Assembly: GCA_016192825.1 (NCBI GenBank) | Contig: JACPTK010000011.1 | Span: forward strand, 16,516 to 80,515 | Direction: 5' to 3' | From: Betaproteobacteria bacterium | GTDB taxonomy: Bacteria > Pseudomonadota > Gammaproteobacteria > Burkholderiales > SG8-41 | DNA length: 64,000 bases | In this document: one piece after another, positions 7,795-16,699 of the stretch | Numbering within the stretch: the stretch's first letter is position 1 | Layout of the letters: each line of letters starts with the position of its first letter | Position numbers and translations under genes: made by a program | Notes under the pieces: model-generated | Told to the model about the DNA's origin: nothing | Database searches by the model: none | What the model saw: the letters and a program-made list of their open reading frames with translations, nothing else

Positions 7795-8562
7795 ATGTAT
7801 CCAGTTCTCATCCAGCTCGGGACTTTCGAGCTTCGTTCTTACGGGATCATCGTTGTCCTGTCCTTTTTCCTGGGCCTCTGGCTGAGCGCAAAGGAGGCAA
7901 AGCGAACGGGGCTCGATCCCGGTCTCGTCCAGGATTTCGCCTTCTATGCGCTTCTGGGCGGGATCATCGGGGCGAGAATCTACTTTGTCGTCTTTTCGAA
8001 TCCGGCCTATTTCCTGCAAAAACCGTGGGAAATCGTGATGGTCTGGCACGGAGGCCTGGGCATCATCGGCGCGCTGGCGGGGGGACTCCTGACCGCGATG
8101 TGGTACTGCCGGAAGAAAACGCTGTCGTTTTGGCGGTTCGCCGACGTTCTGGCGCCGGGTGTGGCCCTGGGACAGGCGGCGGGAATGTTCGCCTGCTTGT
8201 TAAACGGTGACAGCTACGGCAAACCGACCGATGTCGCCTGGGCGATCACTTATTCCGATCCCCGCGCCATGGCGCCCCTGAACATCTCCTTGCATCCCGT
8301 GGAAATCTACGAGATGGCGGCGTACTTTCTGGTCTTTCTCCTCGTTTGGCAAACAAGGGGAAAATACAAGAGCAATGGCTTTGCCTTTTTGACGTATCTG
8401 GCAGGTTACGGAGTGGCGCGATTATCCGTTGAATTTTTCCGCGGGAATCCCGCGATCTTTGCCTGGGGTGTTCCAGCGGCGCAGGTGTTCGGCGTCGCGC
8501 TGATTCTGGCTTCCCTTGCGGGCTTTTACCTTCTTGGAAAAGCAGGAGGCAAGGCGGCTTGA
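7795..8562 (+). CDS. lgt: prolipoprotein diacylglyceryl transferase
   Basis: MYPVLIQLGTFELRSYGIIVVLSF, VWHGGLGIIGALAGG and a polytopic profile typical of Lgt. Confidence 0.9.
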   Translation: MYPVLIQLGTFELRSYGIIVVLSFFLGLWLSAKEAKRTGLDPGLVQDFAFYALLGGIIGARIYFVVFSNPAYFLQKPWEIVMVWHGGLGIIGALAGGLLTAMWYCRKKTLSFWRFADVLAPGVALGQAAGMFACLLNGDSYGKPTDVAWAITYSDPRAMAPLNISLHPVEIYEMAAYFLVFLLVWQTRGKYKSNGFAFLTYLAGYGVARLSVEFFRGNPAIFAWGVPAAQVFGVALILASLAGFYLLGKAGGKAA

Positions 8563-8638
8563 AGCGAGACGTAGCAGCAGCCCACCGGTTCGAGCATCGC
8601 TCAGCGGCGTGAGGTACCGGCGTCTTGCGCCACCTTGC

Positions 8639-8731
8639 CGCAGCATCGTGGACCACGACGCGCCGGCCCGCGCGCGCCAGCGTGATTGCCGCGGCAAGGC
8701 CCGCGGGACCCGTCCCGACAATCTGAAACAT
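8639..8731 (-). pseudogene. N-terminal relic of FAD-dependent oxidoreductase (copy 1 of 3)
   Basis: MFQIVGTGPAGLAAAITLARAGRRVVVHDAA matches the first ~31 aa of 19895..20452 and 39510..40586. Similarity then stops. Confidence 0.6.
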
Positions 8732-8757
8732 TCGTCGGCTGACCGGGCCACCCGTGA

Positions 8758-9329
8758 TCAGTGACCGTGGTCTTTGGGAACGGTCGTCTTCCGGAGGAGG
8801 TGAGGATGACGCATGCTCATGGTGTCGCTGACCTTCACGGTCACGCCGAGCGTACCTCCGCTCGCCTGGTGGCAGCCGTTGCAGCTTGCCACGGTGTCTG
8901 CGAGTGCGGCCTGAAACGACTTCGGGTTCCCGTGCTCGACGGCCTCCCGCAGCTTGCGAAGATTGCCGTCCATGAAGGCCTGCAGCAGCGCGCCGAGCTT
9001 GGGATCGATGTACTTCGAGATGCCCGTCAGCCGTCGCATCTCATCGATCTCGTGCGCCGCCACGGCCCAGTCGCCGACGTCGCCGGCGCGGTGCATGACG
9101 TGGAACCTCCGTCCTTCTCGTAATGCGCCACGTAGCCGTCGTTTCCGCCCACCTCTTTTCCGTGAAGGCGCGTGATTTCCCGGAGCGCCTCCTTTCCCTG
9201 TAAGGCGTGCAGCAGCTTGAGGTCACCGAGACTCCCGGGGGGCTCGGCCCGAACCGATCCGCTGTATCCGGCCAGCACGATCGCGAGGCCCGCGAAGAAA
9301 ATGCGGAGTTGTTTTTGAATTGGATGCAC
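8758..9329 (-). pseudogene. chimeric/frameshifted class II-like cytochrome c gene (copy 1)
   Basis: 8758..9096 is near-identical to the 3' two-thirds of 20455..21051 (CNGCH haem motif). The 5' part (9027..9329, signal peptide MHPIQKQLRIFFAGLAIVLAG) is unrelated and in another frame. The junction is at AGGTTCCACGTC, around 9100. Confidence 0.5.
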
Positions 9330-9355
9330 AGGCTGCTCCCGTCAAATTCTTCTCG

Positions 9356-10228
9356 CTATCGCGCTCGCGTCGCGCGTCCGTCGGGTGCCGCCCCGCCGAG
9401 CTTGCGCGCCTCGGTGATGCTCGCCTGGATTGCCTGCGCGCCGTCCGAACCCGGTGGCACGAGCGGCAATATCCGATCCCAGTACCGGATCGCGTCCGTG
9501 TACGCCTTCTTCTCGAACGCCGCGCTGCCGGCAAGCGAAAGCGCCTTGAGATTGTTGGGATCGGCCGCGAGCGCGCGCGCAATGATCCTTTCCGGCTCAC
9601 CTTGCAGGCGCCGGCCCTGCGCCATCGCCAGCATGTCGGCGTAATCGGCCAGGAGCTCCGCATCGCGTGGCAGGTGTGCCAGGGCGTTGCTGTAGGCCTG
9701 AGCCGCCTGGGTGAAACGGCCGAGCGCGCCGTAAGAGCGCCCGAGCAGGATCCAGCCCTCGGCGTCCGCAGGATTCGCCTTCATGCGCGCGGCCAGCCGC
9801 TCCACCAGCGCTTCGACCTGCTGCGCAGTCATGCCGTGCTCGCCGCGCTCCACCGCCTGTGCGGAGAAGAGGGCCTGCGGATTGCCGACCGCGAAGTAGA
9901 GTGCGAATATCAGCACCGGTACGGCGACGCTCATGACGATCGCCGCTCCGCGCCCATGCCGCACCGGCGCCGCTGTCGCGACGTCGGCCGGCACGTCCTC
10001 GATCACCCGCGCTTCCAGTTCTCGCTGCGCTTTTTCGTGCTGTTCCGCGCTCAGGACGCCGGCTGCGAGGTCCGCATCGAGCTCGCGCAGCTGGTCGCGG
10101 TAGATCGCGACGTTGGTTTCGCCGCGCGAGACCCGGGAGGCTTCGTGCCGGGCGAGCAGCGGAGGAAGGACAAAGAGCAGGGCGCCGGCAGTGAACAGGG
10201 CGCTGACGGTCCAGAACGCGATCATCAT
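9356..10228 (-). CDS. ccmI: cytochrome c-type biogenesis protein CcmI/CycH
   Basis: Start MMIAFWTVSALF overlaps the ccmH stop (ATGA). Two TM segments are followed by TPR-like repeats (GWILLGRSYGALGRFTQAAQAY). Confidence 0.75.
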   Translation of the reverse strand: MMIAFWTVSALFTAGALLFVLPPLLARHEASRVSRGETNVAIYRDQLRELDADLAAGVLSAEQHEKAQRELEARVIEDVPADVATAAPVRHGRGAAIVMSVAVPVLIFALYFAVGNPQALFSAQAVERGEHGMTAQQVEALVERLAARMKANPADAEGWILLGRSYGALGRFTQAAQAYSNALAHLPRDAELLADYADMLAMAQGRRLQGEPERIIARALAADPNNLKALSLAGSAAFEKKAYTDAIRYWDRILPLVPPGSDGAQAIQASITEARKLGGAAPDGRATRAR

Positions 10229-10752
10229 GGTTTCCTCCCGCTCCCGGCCCTGAGCAGCCGCAGCGCGCGCGCGTGCTCGGTTTCGGAAAGCTCGACTTCG
10301 GGGGCGGCGCGCGGCCGCCTGGACTGGTAGAAGAGGGCAATCAGCCCCGCGATGAACAGCAGGATCGGTCCGGTCCAGAGCAGCACCGTGACCGGCTTGA
10401 GCGGGGGGCGAAGCAGCACGAAATCGCCGTAACGGGCGAGCAGGAAATCGACGACGTCGCGCTCGCTCTTTCCCTGCCTCATCTGTTCCCGCATCTGGTT
10501 GCGAAGGTCGATGGCGAGAGGGGCGTCGGACTCCGCGATCGACTGGTTCTGGCACTGGAGGCAGCGCAGCTTGGCGGCGACGGCCATGACGCGGCGCTCG
10601 AGCACCGGGTCATCCGCCGCCGGCGCGGCTTCCTTCGCCAGCGCGCCGCCGGCAAGCCCGAACGCAAGCAGCAAGACGAATGCAACCAGTCCGGGTACCA
10701 ATGCGGCAACACCCGCTTTCCTCATTTCCCGTTCGACGGCTCTTTCAGCCAC
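10225..10752 (-). CDS. ccmH: cytochrome c-type biogenesis protein CcmH
   Basis: Signal/TM, LRCLQCQNQSIAES (LRCxxC) motif and a C-terminal TM. GTG start in the ORF track. Confidence 0.85.
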   Translation of the reverse strand: MAERAVEREMRKAGVAALVPGLVAFVLLLAFGLAGGALAKEAAPAADDPVLERRVMAVAAKLRCLQCQNQSIAESDAPLAIDLRNQMREQMRQGKSERDVVDFLLARYGDFVLLRPPLKPVTVLLWTGPILLFIAGLIALFYQSRRPRAAPEVELSETEHARALRLLRAGSGRKP

Positions 10753-10880
10753 GGCGAGGCTCCTGTTCGGGCGATACGTTCTTTTGCGTGAGGAGTCCGC
10801 GCGCGAGCGGCACGGTATGTTCGTGCCGGGCCACTCCGGGCCGGTCGATCACGCAGGGAAGGGCTTCGGCAGCCACGGGC
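10745..10880 (-). pseudogene. C-terminal relic of ccmG/dsbE between ccmF and ccmH
   Basis: ORF 10745..10927 reads AEALPCVIDRPGVARHEHTVPLARGLL. This resembles the CcmG C-terminus (compare VPETFIVDKRGMIRHKVIGAVT in the intact copy at 45178..45774). The WCxxC-bearing N-terminal ~130 aa are absent. Confidence 0.45.
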
Positions 10881-10886
10881 TCGACC

Positions 10887-12893
10887 TCAGACCGGTGTTG
10901 GCTGTGGACCACGAGCCGCCACCGCATAATCCGCTTCGCGCGGGGCCCGCGCGGCGATCCGGTAACGGCGATCGGCTGCGGCGAGGAGGCCCCCCAGGGC
11001 CATCAGCAGCGCGCCGCCCCAGATCCAGCCCACGAACGGCTTGTACAGCACGCGGACGAGCCAGGTCGTCGCATTGAGCTGGTCTCCGAGCGTGACGTAC
11101 AGGTCGCGCGCGAACCCCGGATCGATCGCCGCCTCCGTCATCGGTTTCTCCTGCGTGCGGTAGCGCCGCTTTTCCGGATGGAGCGTCGCGACGCGCGCAC
11201 CCTTGCGCGTTACCTCCAGCGTCGCGCGGGCTGCAATGTAGTTCGGGCCCGCCACGTCCGACACATTGCGCAAGAGGAAGGTGTGGCCGGCCAGCTCGAC
11301 CGTGTCGCCCAGCCCCATGCGCACGTCTTTTTCGGCTTCGTAGCCCTTGACGAGCGTGATCCCGGCGACGAGTATCGCCACCCCCACGTGCGCGATCAGC
11401 ATGCCGTAGAACGCCCGGGAAGTGCCGGCGAGCCGCGTCCACGCGCTCGCGCCGGTCGTCGCGTGCCTGACCCGCTCCCACAGACTGACCGCGCTGGTGG
11501 CGGCGATGAACACCGCGAGCGCCAGGCCGAAGCTCACCATCGGATCCCACCTTCCGAGGGTGAAAGGCAGCAGGAGCGCGAGGACCAGGCTCACGCCCAG
11601 TGCCCAGCGCAGGCGCACCGCGAGGTCGGGCAGGCTCGCCTTTTTCCAGCGCGCGATCGGTCCGATTCCCATCAGGAACAGGGCGGGCGCGATTACCGGC
11701 ACGAAGACCGCGTCGAAGTAGGGCGGGCCGACGGTGATTTTCGCGAGGCCGAGCGCGTCCAGCGCGAGCGGGTAGAGGGTCCCGAGCATCACCGTTCCCG
11801 TCGCGACCATGAGCAGCACGTTGTTCGCGAGCAGCATCGATTCGCGCGAGACCGGCTCGAAGCGCCCGCTCGTGCCGCTCGTGCCGACGCGCGAAGCACG
11901 CCAGGCGAACAGCGTGAGCGAGCTGCCGACAATAATGACGAGCAGCGCGAGAATGAAGATGCCGCGCCGCGGATCCGAGGCGAACGCGTGTACCGAGGTG
12001 AGCACGCCCGAGCGCACCAGGAAAGTCCCGAGCAGGCTCAACGCAAATGCGAGGATCGCGAGCAGCACGGTCCAGTTGCGGAAGGCGCCCCGCTTGTCGG
12101 TCACGGCGAGCGAATGGATGAGCGCGGTGCCCACCAGCCACGGCATGAACGAAGAGTTCTCGACTGGGTCCCAGAACCACCAGCCGCCCCAGCCGAGCTC
12201 GTAGTACGCCCACCAGCTGCCTAGCGCGTTGCCGAGCGTCAGAAAGACCCAGGCCACCGTGGTCCACGGACGCGACCAGCGCGCCCACGCGGCATCGAGC
12301 CGGCCGGACATGAGTGCCGCCATCGCAAACGCGAAGGCGACCGAGAACCCGACGTAGCCCATGTAGAGCATCGGCGGGTGCAGCACCATGCCCAGGTCCT
12401 GGAGCAGCGGATTGAGGTCGCGCCCGTCGGGCGGCGCCGGCAGCAGCCGGTCGAACGGGTTAGACGTGAACAGCATGAAGGCGAGGAAGCCGACGCTCAC
12501 CAGCCCCATCACGCCCAGGACGCGCGCCACCATCTCCTCCGGCAGGCTGCGGCTGAATACGCTCACCGCAACCATCCAGAAGGTGAGCACCAGCACCCAC
12601 AGCAGCAATGCGCCCTCGTGGCCGCCCCATACGGCGGCGATGCGGTACCGGAGCGGGAGTGCGGTGTTGGAATTGGACGCCACGTACTGGATCGAGAAAT
12701 CGTTCGTGATGAACGCATAGGTGAGAAAGCCGAACGCGACTGCGATGAACGCGAACTGGCCGACGGCCGCCGGCCGCGCAACGCTCATCCACACGGCGTC
12801 TCCACGCACAGCGCCGGCGAGAGGAAGGATTCCCTGCGTCAACGCGAGAACGAATGCCGCAACGAGCAGGAACTGACCGAGTTCCGCAATCAT
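10887..12893 (-). CDS. ccmF: cytochrome c haem lyase subunit CcmF
   Basis: About 668 aa polytopic protein starting MIAELGQFLL. WGGWWFWDPVEN (WWD motif) and conserved His-containing loops. Confidence 0.9.
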   Translation of the reverse strand: MIAELGQFLLVAAFVLALTQGILPLAGAVRGDAVWMSVARPAAVGQFAFIAVAFGFLTYAFITNDFSIQYVASNSNTALPLRYRIAAVWGGHEGALLLWVLVLTFWMVAVSVFSRSLPEEMVARVLGVMGLVSVGFLAFMLFTSNPFDRLLPAPPDGRDLNPLLQDLGMVLHPPMLYMGYVGFSVAFAFAMAALMSGRLDAAWARWSRPWTTVAWVFLTLGNALGSWWAYYELGWGGWWFWDPVENSSFMPWLVGTALIHSLAVTDKRGAFRNWTVLLAILAFALSLLGTFLVRSGVLTSVHAFASDPRRGIFILALLVIIVGSSLTLFAWRASRVGTSGTSGRFEPVSRESMLLANNVLLMVATGTVMLGTLYPLALDALGLAKITVGPPYFDAVFVPVIAPALFLMGIGPIARWKKASLPDLAVRLRWALGVSLVLALLLPFTLGRWDPMVSFGLALAVFIAATSAVSLWERVRHATTGASAWTRLAGTSRAFYGMLIAHVGVAILVAGITLVKGYEAEKDVRMGLGDTVELAGHTFLLRNVSDVAGPNYIAARATLEVTRKGARVATLHPEKRRYRTQEKPMTEAAIDPGFARDLYVTLGDQLNATTWLVRVLYKPFVGWIWGGALLMALGGLLAAADRRYRIAARAPREADYAVAARGPQPTPV

Positions 12894-13227
12894 CGGCATC
12901 TCCTCACGGCAAAGGGGGCGCACGGGCCACGCTCCGTGCCGCCTCCCGGGGGCGAGATATTTGCCCGCTTGCGCCATTCATTGGGCGCCGGCGTCCGCCG
13001 TGCGTCGTGGTGCTTCGTGCTGCTTTTACGTCGAGTCATGCGGGTCATGGGGAAATCGCTTTAACCTCAATATGCGTGATTGCGTCGCGTGCGCGGCATC
13101 ATCCAGCGACGTGCAAGGGCGGTCGTGTCGGGCGAGACGGAACAGTTTCGGAGCACGGCGGCCGGACGAGACGGCAGCGTGCCAATCCACCCGACTCCGG
13201 TACGATCGCCGGGGTCGCGGCGGAAGA

Positions 13228-13677
13228 TCAGATCAACAGGCGCGAGGTGCTGAGGTAGAGGGGGCGGTCGCGCGGGCGGACATACCAGTGATGCCCTGGA
13301 AGGCGGCCGCCGGCGGGCGACGCCAGGGGTTGCGCCGGGAAGGAAAACGCCGCGTCCCCGGTATCATCGCCTGAGGCAGGCGTCGCAGCTGGCGGCTGCG
13401 ATACGGTGGCGGCATTGACCAGTTGCCGGCAATCCGGATTGTCGCCGCTCGATCGAAAATGTTGAGGCGCCCGGCCGTGGTCAAATGACGCGGCATGCTC
13501 TGCGTTGCCGCCGGGGCCGGCGGGCGCCAGCGGTGCCGCACAATAAGCATAACCCGTGGCGCCCAGCCATAACGCGAGCCAGCCAACGATCATTGCGACG
13601 CGGCCCGGGCGCAACAGCCTCTGCAGCGCGAAATTTGCGCGCGATGCATTCCGGGCGTGCGTATTGGGCGATGCCAT
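13228..13677 (-). CDS. small secreted/anchored protein of unknown function, C-terminal RPLYLSTSRLLI
   Basis: Hydrophobic N-terminal region (VAMIVGWLALWLGATGYAYC). The C-terminal motif is shared with 36451..36867. A near-consensus FNR box lies about 80 nt upstream. Confidence 0.4.
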   Translation of the reverse strand: MASPNTHARNASRANFALQRLLRPGRVAMIVGWLALWLGATGYAYCAAPLAPAGPGGNAEHAASFDHGRAPQHFRSSGDNPDCRQLVNAATVSQPPAATPASGDDTGDAAFSFPAQPLASPAGGRLPGHHWYVRPRDRPLYLSTSRLLI

Positions 13678-13753
13678 GCTGCTCTGCCGTCGCGATGTCT
13701 TGGTGCCGCGAATCGATTGGGAAACAAGGTATCCGAAAGCCGCAGCCCGGGCT

Positions 13754-13767
13754 TTGATCTATGTCAA
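13754..13767. promoter_or_regulatory. FNR-like box TTGATctatGTCAA (one mismatch)
   Basis: 9 of 10 consensus positions. Its centre is about 83 nt upstream of the 13677 start codon on the minus strand. Confidence 0.4.
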
Positions 13768-14126
13768 AGCGCGAGAGCGTGCGGCGTTCCCGCGTAGGCC
13801 ACGGCGGCAGCGATGAGCGGCTGGGTATTGGCGATCACCGTCGCCATGCCGGGCGCGACGAATTCGGCTGCGTGCACCATGCCGAGGAAGCCGAGTGTGG
13901 TCGCGCCAAGCCCGATCGCGGTGATCCAACCCCATGCCGCGGGTCCGGACGGAAGCGGGCGCCGCAGGATGACGCCGAGCGCCACCAGCGCGGTGCCGGC
14001 CAGAATCGCGCGCAGCGCCGCAAAGGTGAGGTGCGGCGCCGAGGCGAGACCGACGGTGATCAGCGGAAAGCACGCCGCCCAGAGGATCATCACAAGGATG
14101 AGCCGCCGGCCGTTACTCGACTTCAT
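13764..14126 (-). pseudogene. truncated EamA/DMT-family transporter (N-terminal half only)
   Basis: MKSSNGRRLILVMILWAACFPLITVGL ... four or five TM segments typical of one EamA repeat. It ends after ~120 aa, whereas family members have two repeats. Confidence 0.5.
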
Positions 14127-14187
14127 GGCCCGGTCGCGAATCCCTCGTCGCGGCCCCACCCGCATGACGCCGTGTCCGGGTCCTGGG

Positions 14188-15312
14188 TCACGCATAGAGC
14201 CTTGTTTTCAGGCGCAACAAGCCCCATCCCGCAAGCGCCATTCCGATCGCGGCGAGCGCCAGGAACTGCGGCCAGAGCACGCTCCAGCCCACTCCCTTCA
14301 GAAAGATCCCGAGCGCGATCTCCATGTAGTAGCGGATCGGGCTCGCGAGCGAGATGACTTGCAGGGCTTGCGGCATGCTTTCGACCGGCACCACCGTTCC
14401 GGACAGGAACATGACGGGGAAAAGCACGAAGAACGAGATGAGCAGCGCCTGCTGGAGGTTGGCGGCAAAGGTGGAGATGAACACGCCGATCGCCATGCAC
14501 ACGACGAGCGTCACGGCGGATGCGAGCACGAACAGCGTTACGCTTCCCCGCAGCGGCACGCCGAACGCAAGGGCGATCGCGATGCTCGGGACGAGGGCGG
14601 CGAGGCCGACGGCGAGCGGCGGCGCCATCTTGGCGATCACGATCTCGTGGCGGCGCAGCGGCGTCACCATAAGCTGCTCCGCGGTGCCGCTTTCCTTTTC
14701 CCGGACGAGGCCGGCGGCGGTCGTGATGATCCCGACCATCAGCGCGGCGATCACGATCATCGAGATCACCATGAAGTGCTGGAAGCGCAGTTCCGGGTTG
14801 TACCAGATACGCGTCTGCGCCGAGACCTCCGGGAGCATCGGCGGGTAGCCGTGGGCGGCCGCGTGCGAGCGCAGAAGGTCGTGGGCGAACCGCTCGATGA
14901 TGACGTTCGCGTAGCCGCGCGCGGTATTCGCGGTATTCGAGTTCACGCCCGAGAGTACCACTTGCACTTCGGCGGGCTCGCCGGCCAGCGCGCGCCGCGA
15001 AAAATCAGGAGGCACGACGAGCGCCAGGTCCGCCTCGCCCCGGTCGAGCAGCCGGTCGATCTCGCCGGGTGAGGCGACCGGGAGCATCCGCCCGAAGTAC
15101 TCGGTAGCGGTGAAGCGCTCGGCGAGCTCACGGCTCAACTGCGTGCGGTCCTGGTCGTGCAGCGCGAGCGTGAGGTTCCGCACGTCGAAGGACAGCGCGA
15201 CGGTGCACACCACCACTTCCACCGTGTAGGTCCAGAGAATCAGGATGATCAGCATGCGGTCGCGCAGGAACTGCAGGAACTCCTTCTTGAGCGCCGCCTT
15301 GAGCCGGCCCAT
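14188..15312 (-). CDS. ABC-2 type transporter permease (YbhR/YbhS-like)
   Basis: Start MGRLKAALKKEFLQFLRDRMLI. Large extracytoplasmic loop followed by five C-terminal TM segments. Paralogue immediately upstream. Confidence 0.85.
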   Translation of the reverse strand: MGRLKAALKKEFLQFLRDRMLIILILWTYTVEVVVCTVALSFDVRNLTLALHDQDRTQLSRELAERFTATEYFGRMLPVASPGEIDRLLDRGEADLALVVPPDFSRRALAGEPAEVQVVLSGVNSNTANTARGYANVIIERFAHDLLRSHAAAHGYPPMLPEVSAQTRIWYNPELRFQHFMVISMIVIAALMVGIITTAAGLVREKESGTAEQLMVTPLRRHEIVIAKMAPPLAVGLAALVPSIAIALAFGVPLRGSVTLFVLASAVTLVVCMAIGVFISTFAANLQQALLISFFVLFPVMFLSGTVVPVESMPQALQVISLASPIRYYMEIALGIFLKGVGWSVLWPQFLALAAIGMALAGWGLLRLKTRLYA

Positions 15313-15577
15313 TGCTAGTCCTCGTGCAAATGCCTGGCAAGGCATTTGCGCCTCGAATGCGCCCGCTGAGAGCGGAGCAGGTTCCAAGCGCCTCTTGCTT
15401 GGATGCGACCCCGAAGCGGGATGCAGCGCCGGAGAATCCGCGTGCTTATGTGCGCCTCCGCGGTCGCATCCCCATACACAACATGGGGCCCCTGCTCCAC
15501 GCTCCGGCGCACCCTCTCCCCTCGGGAGAGGGGCGGCGGTGAGGGATGAGCGTCATCATGCATTTTTACGACGCTCA
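15313..15577. repeat. GC-rich palindromic (REP-like) intergenic region between the two permease genes
   Basis: Perfect 10-bp hairpin GCAAATGCCT-ggca-AGGCATTTGC (15326..15349). CCCTCTCCCCTCGGGAGAGGGGCGGCGGTGAGGGATGAG resembles the core of the element at 51748..52012. Confidence 0.4.
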
Positions 15578-16699
15578 TTAAGCCACCTTTTTCTTGAGCC
15601 GCAGGCTCGCGGCAATGAAGATGACGGCGGCGTACAGCACGAGCAGCAGCACGTTCCACCAGATGTACTCGATCCCGACGCCTTTCAGGAAGAGATCACG
15701 GCTGATGTCGTTGAAGTAGCGCGCCGGGAAGACATAGGTGTAGAGCTGCATCATGTACGGCATCGTCGAGATCGGAAACAGGAAACCGGAGAACAGGAAC
15801 GACGGCATGAGCGTCACCACCAGGGACAGGAACACGGCGCCCACCTGCGTGCGTGTTATGGTCGAGACGAAGACGCCGATTCCCACGGTCGCCAGGACGT
15901 AGAGGAGCGAGGCGCCCAGCAGCAACGCGAGGCTCCCCTGGAGCGGCACCTGGAACCAGAACGTCCCGACCGTGAGAATCAGCAGCATCTCGACGAAAGC
16001 GATCGCGGCGTAGGGCAGGACCTTGCCGAGAATGTAAAGCGGCGCGCTGACCGGGGACACGTAAATCTGCTCGATGGTGCCGCGTTCCTTCTCGCGCACG
16101 ATGGCGAGCGCGGTCAGCATCGGCGGAAAAGCCATGAGCAGCACGGCGAACAGCCCCGGCACGATATAGTTCACGCTCCTCATGGGCGCGTTGTACCACA
16201 CGCGCGACGCGACGCTCACGCGCCCGGGCATCCGCAAGCCCAGCGTCTCCAGCCTGCGCTCGGCGAGCGCCATAGAGTGGGTGTTGACGATCGCGGTAGC
16301 GTAATTGGAGACAATCAGCGCGGTGGGCGAGAAGGTGCCGTCGACCAGAAGCTGGACCGGCGCGGTGCGGTCGGCGGCGAGCAGCCGTGAAAAGTCCGGG
16401 GGGATGACGAGCGCGACGGTCACGCGGCCGCGGTCGAGCGCCTGCGCTGCCTCGTCGAGCGACGGGAAGCGGCGCGTCACGCGGAAATATCCGCTCGCGG
16501 TGAAGGCCTCGACCAGGCGTTCGCTCGCCTGCGTGCGGTCCTGGTCGTAGACGCCCAGGCGCACGTCCTCGACGTCGAGCGAAATTCCGTAGCCGAAGAC
16601 GAACAGCAGGATGAGGGGCAGGAAGATGGCCACGCCGAGCGTGATCGGGTCGCGCACGATTTCGAGCCATTCCTTGCGCACGAGCGCGGCGAGGATCAT
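15578..16699 (-). CDS. ABC-2 type transporter permease (YbhS/YbhR-like)
   Basis: Start MILAALVRKEWLEIVRDPITLG overlaps the ATPase stop (ATGA). Topology matches the paralogue at 14188..15312. Confidence 0.85.
   Translation of the reverse strand: MILAALVRKEWLEIVRDPITLGVAIFLPLILLFVFGYGISLDVEDVRLGVYDQDRTQASERLVEAFTASGYFRVTRRFPSLDEAAQALDRGRVTVALVIPPDFSRLLAADRTAPVQLLVDGTFSPTALIVSNYATAIVNTHSMALAERRLETLGLRMPGRVSVASRVWYNAPMRSVNYIVPGLFAVLLMAFPPMLTALAIVREKERGTIEQIYVSPVSAPLYILGKVLPYAAIAFVEMLLILTVGTFWFQVPLQGSLALLLGASLLYVLATVGIGVFVSTITRTQVGAVFLSLVVTLMPSFLFSGFLFPISTMPYMMQLYTYVFPARYFNDISRDLFLKGVGIEYIWWNVLLLVLYAAVIFIAASLRLKKKVA

Noticed and set aside
10680-12288. 514-aa (+) and 479-aa (-) ORFs overlapping ccmF
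   Set aside because: These are alternative frames of the ccmF region. ccmF has the WWD motif and polytopic profile, whereas these are Arg/Pro-rich with no motifs.
13761-15072. Plus-strand ORFs of 198 and 419 aa
   Set aside because: Antisense to the EamA fragment and ABC-2 permease. Arg/His/Asp-rich low-complexity translation.
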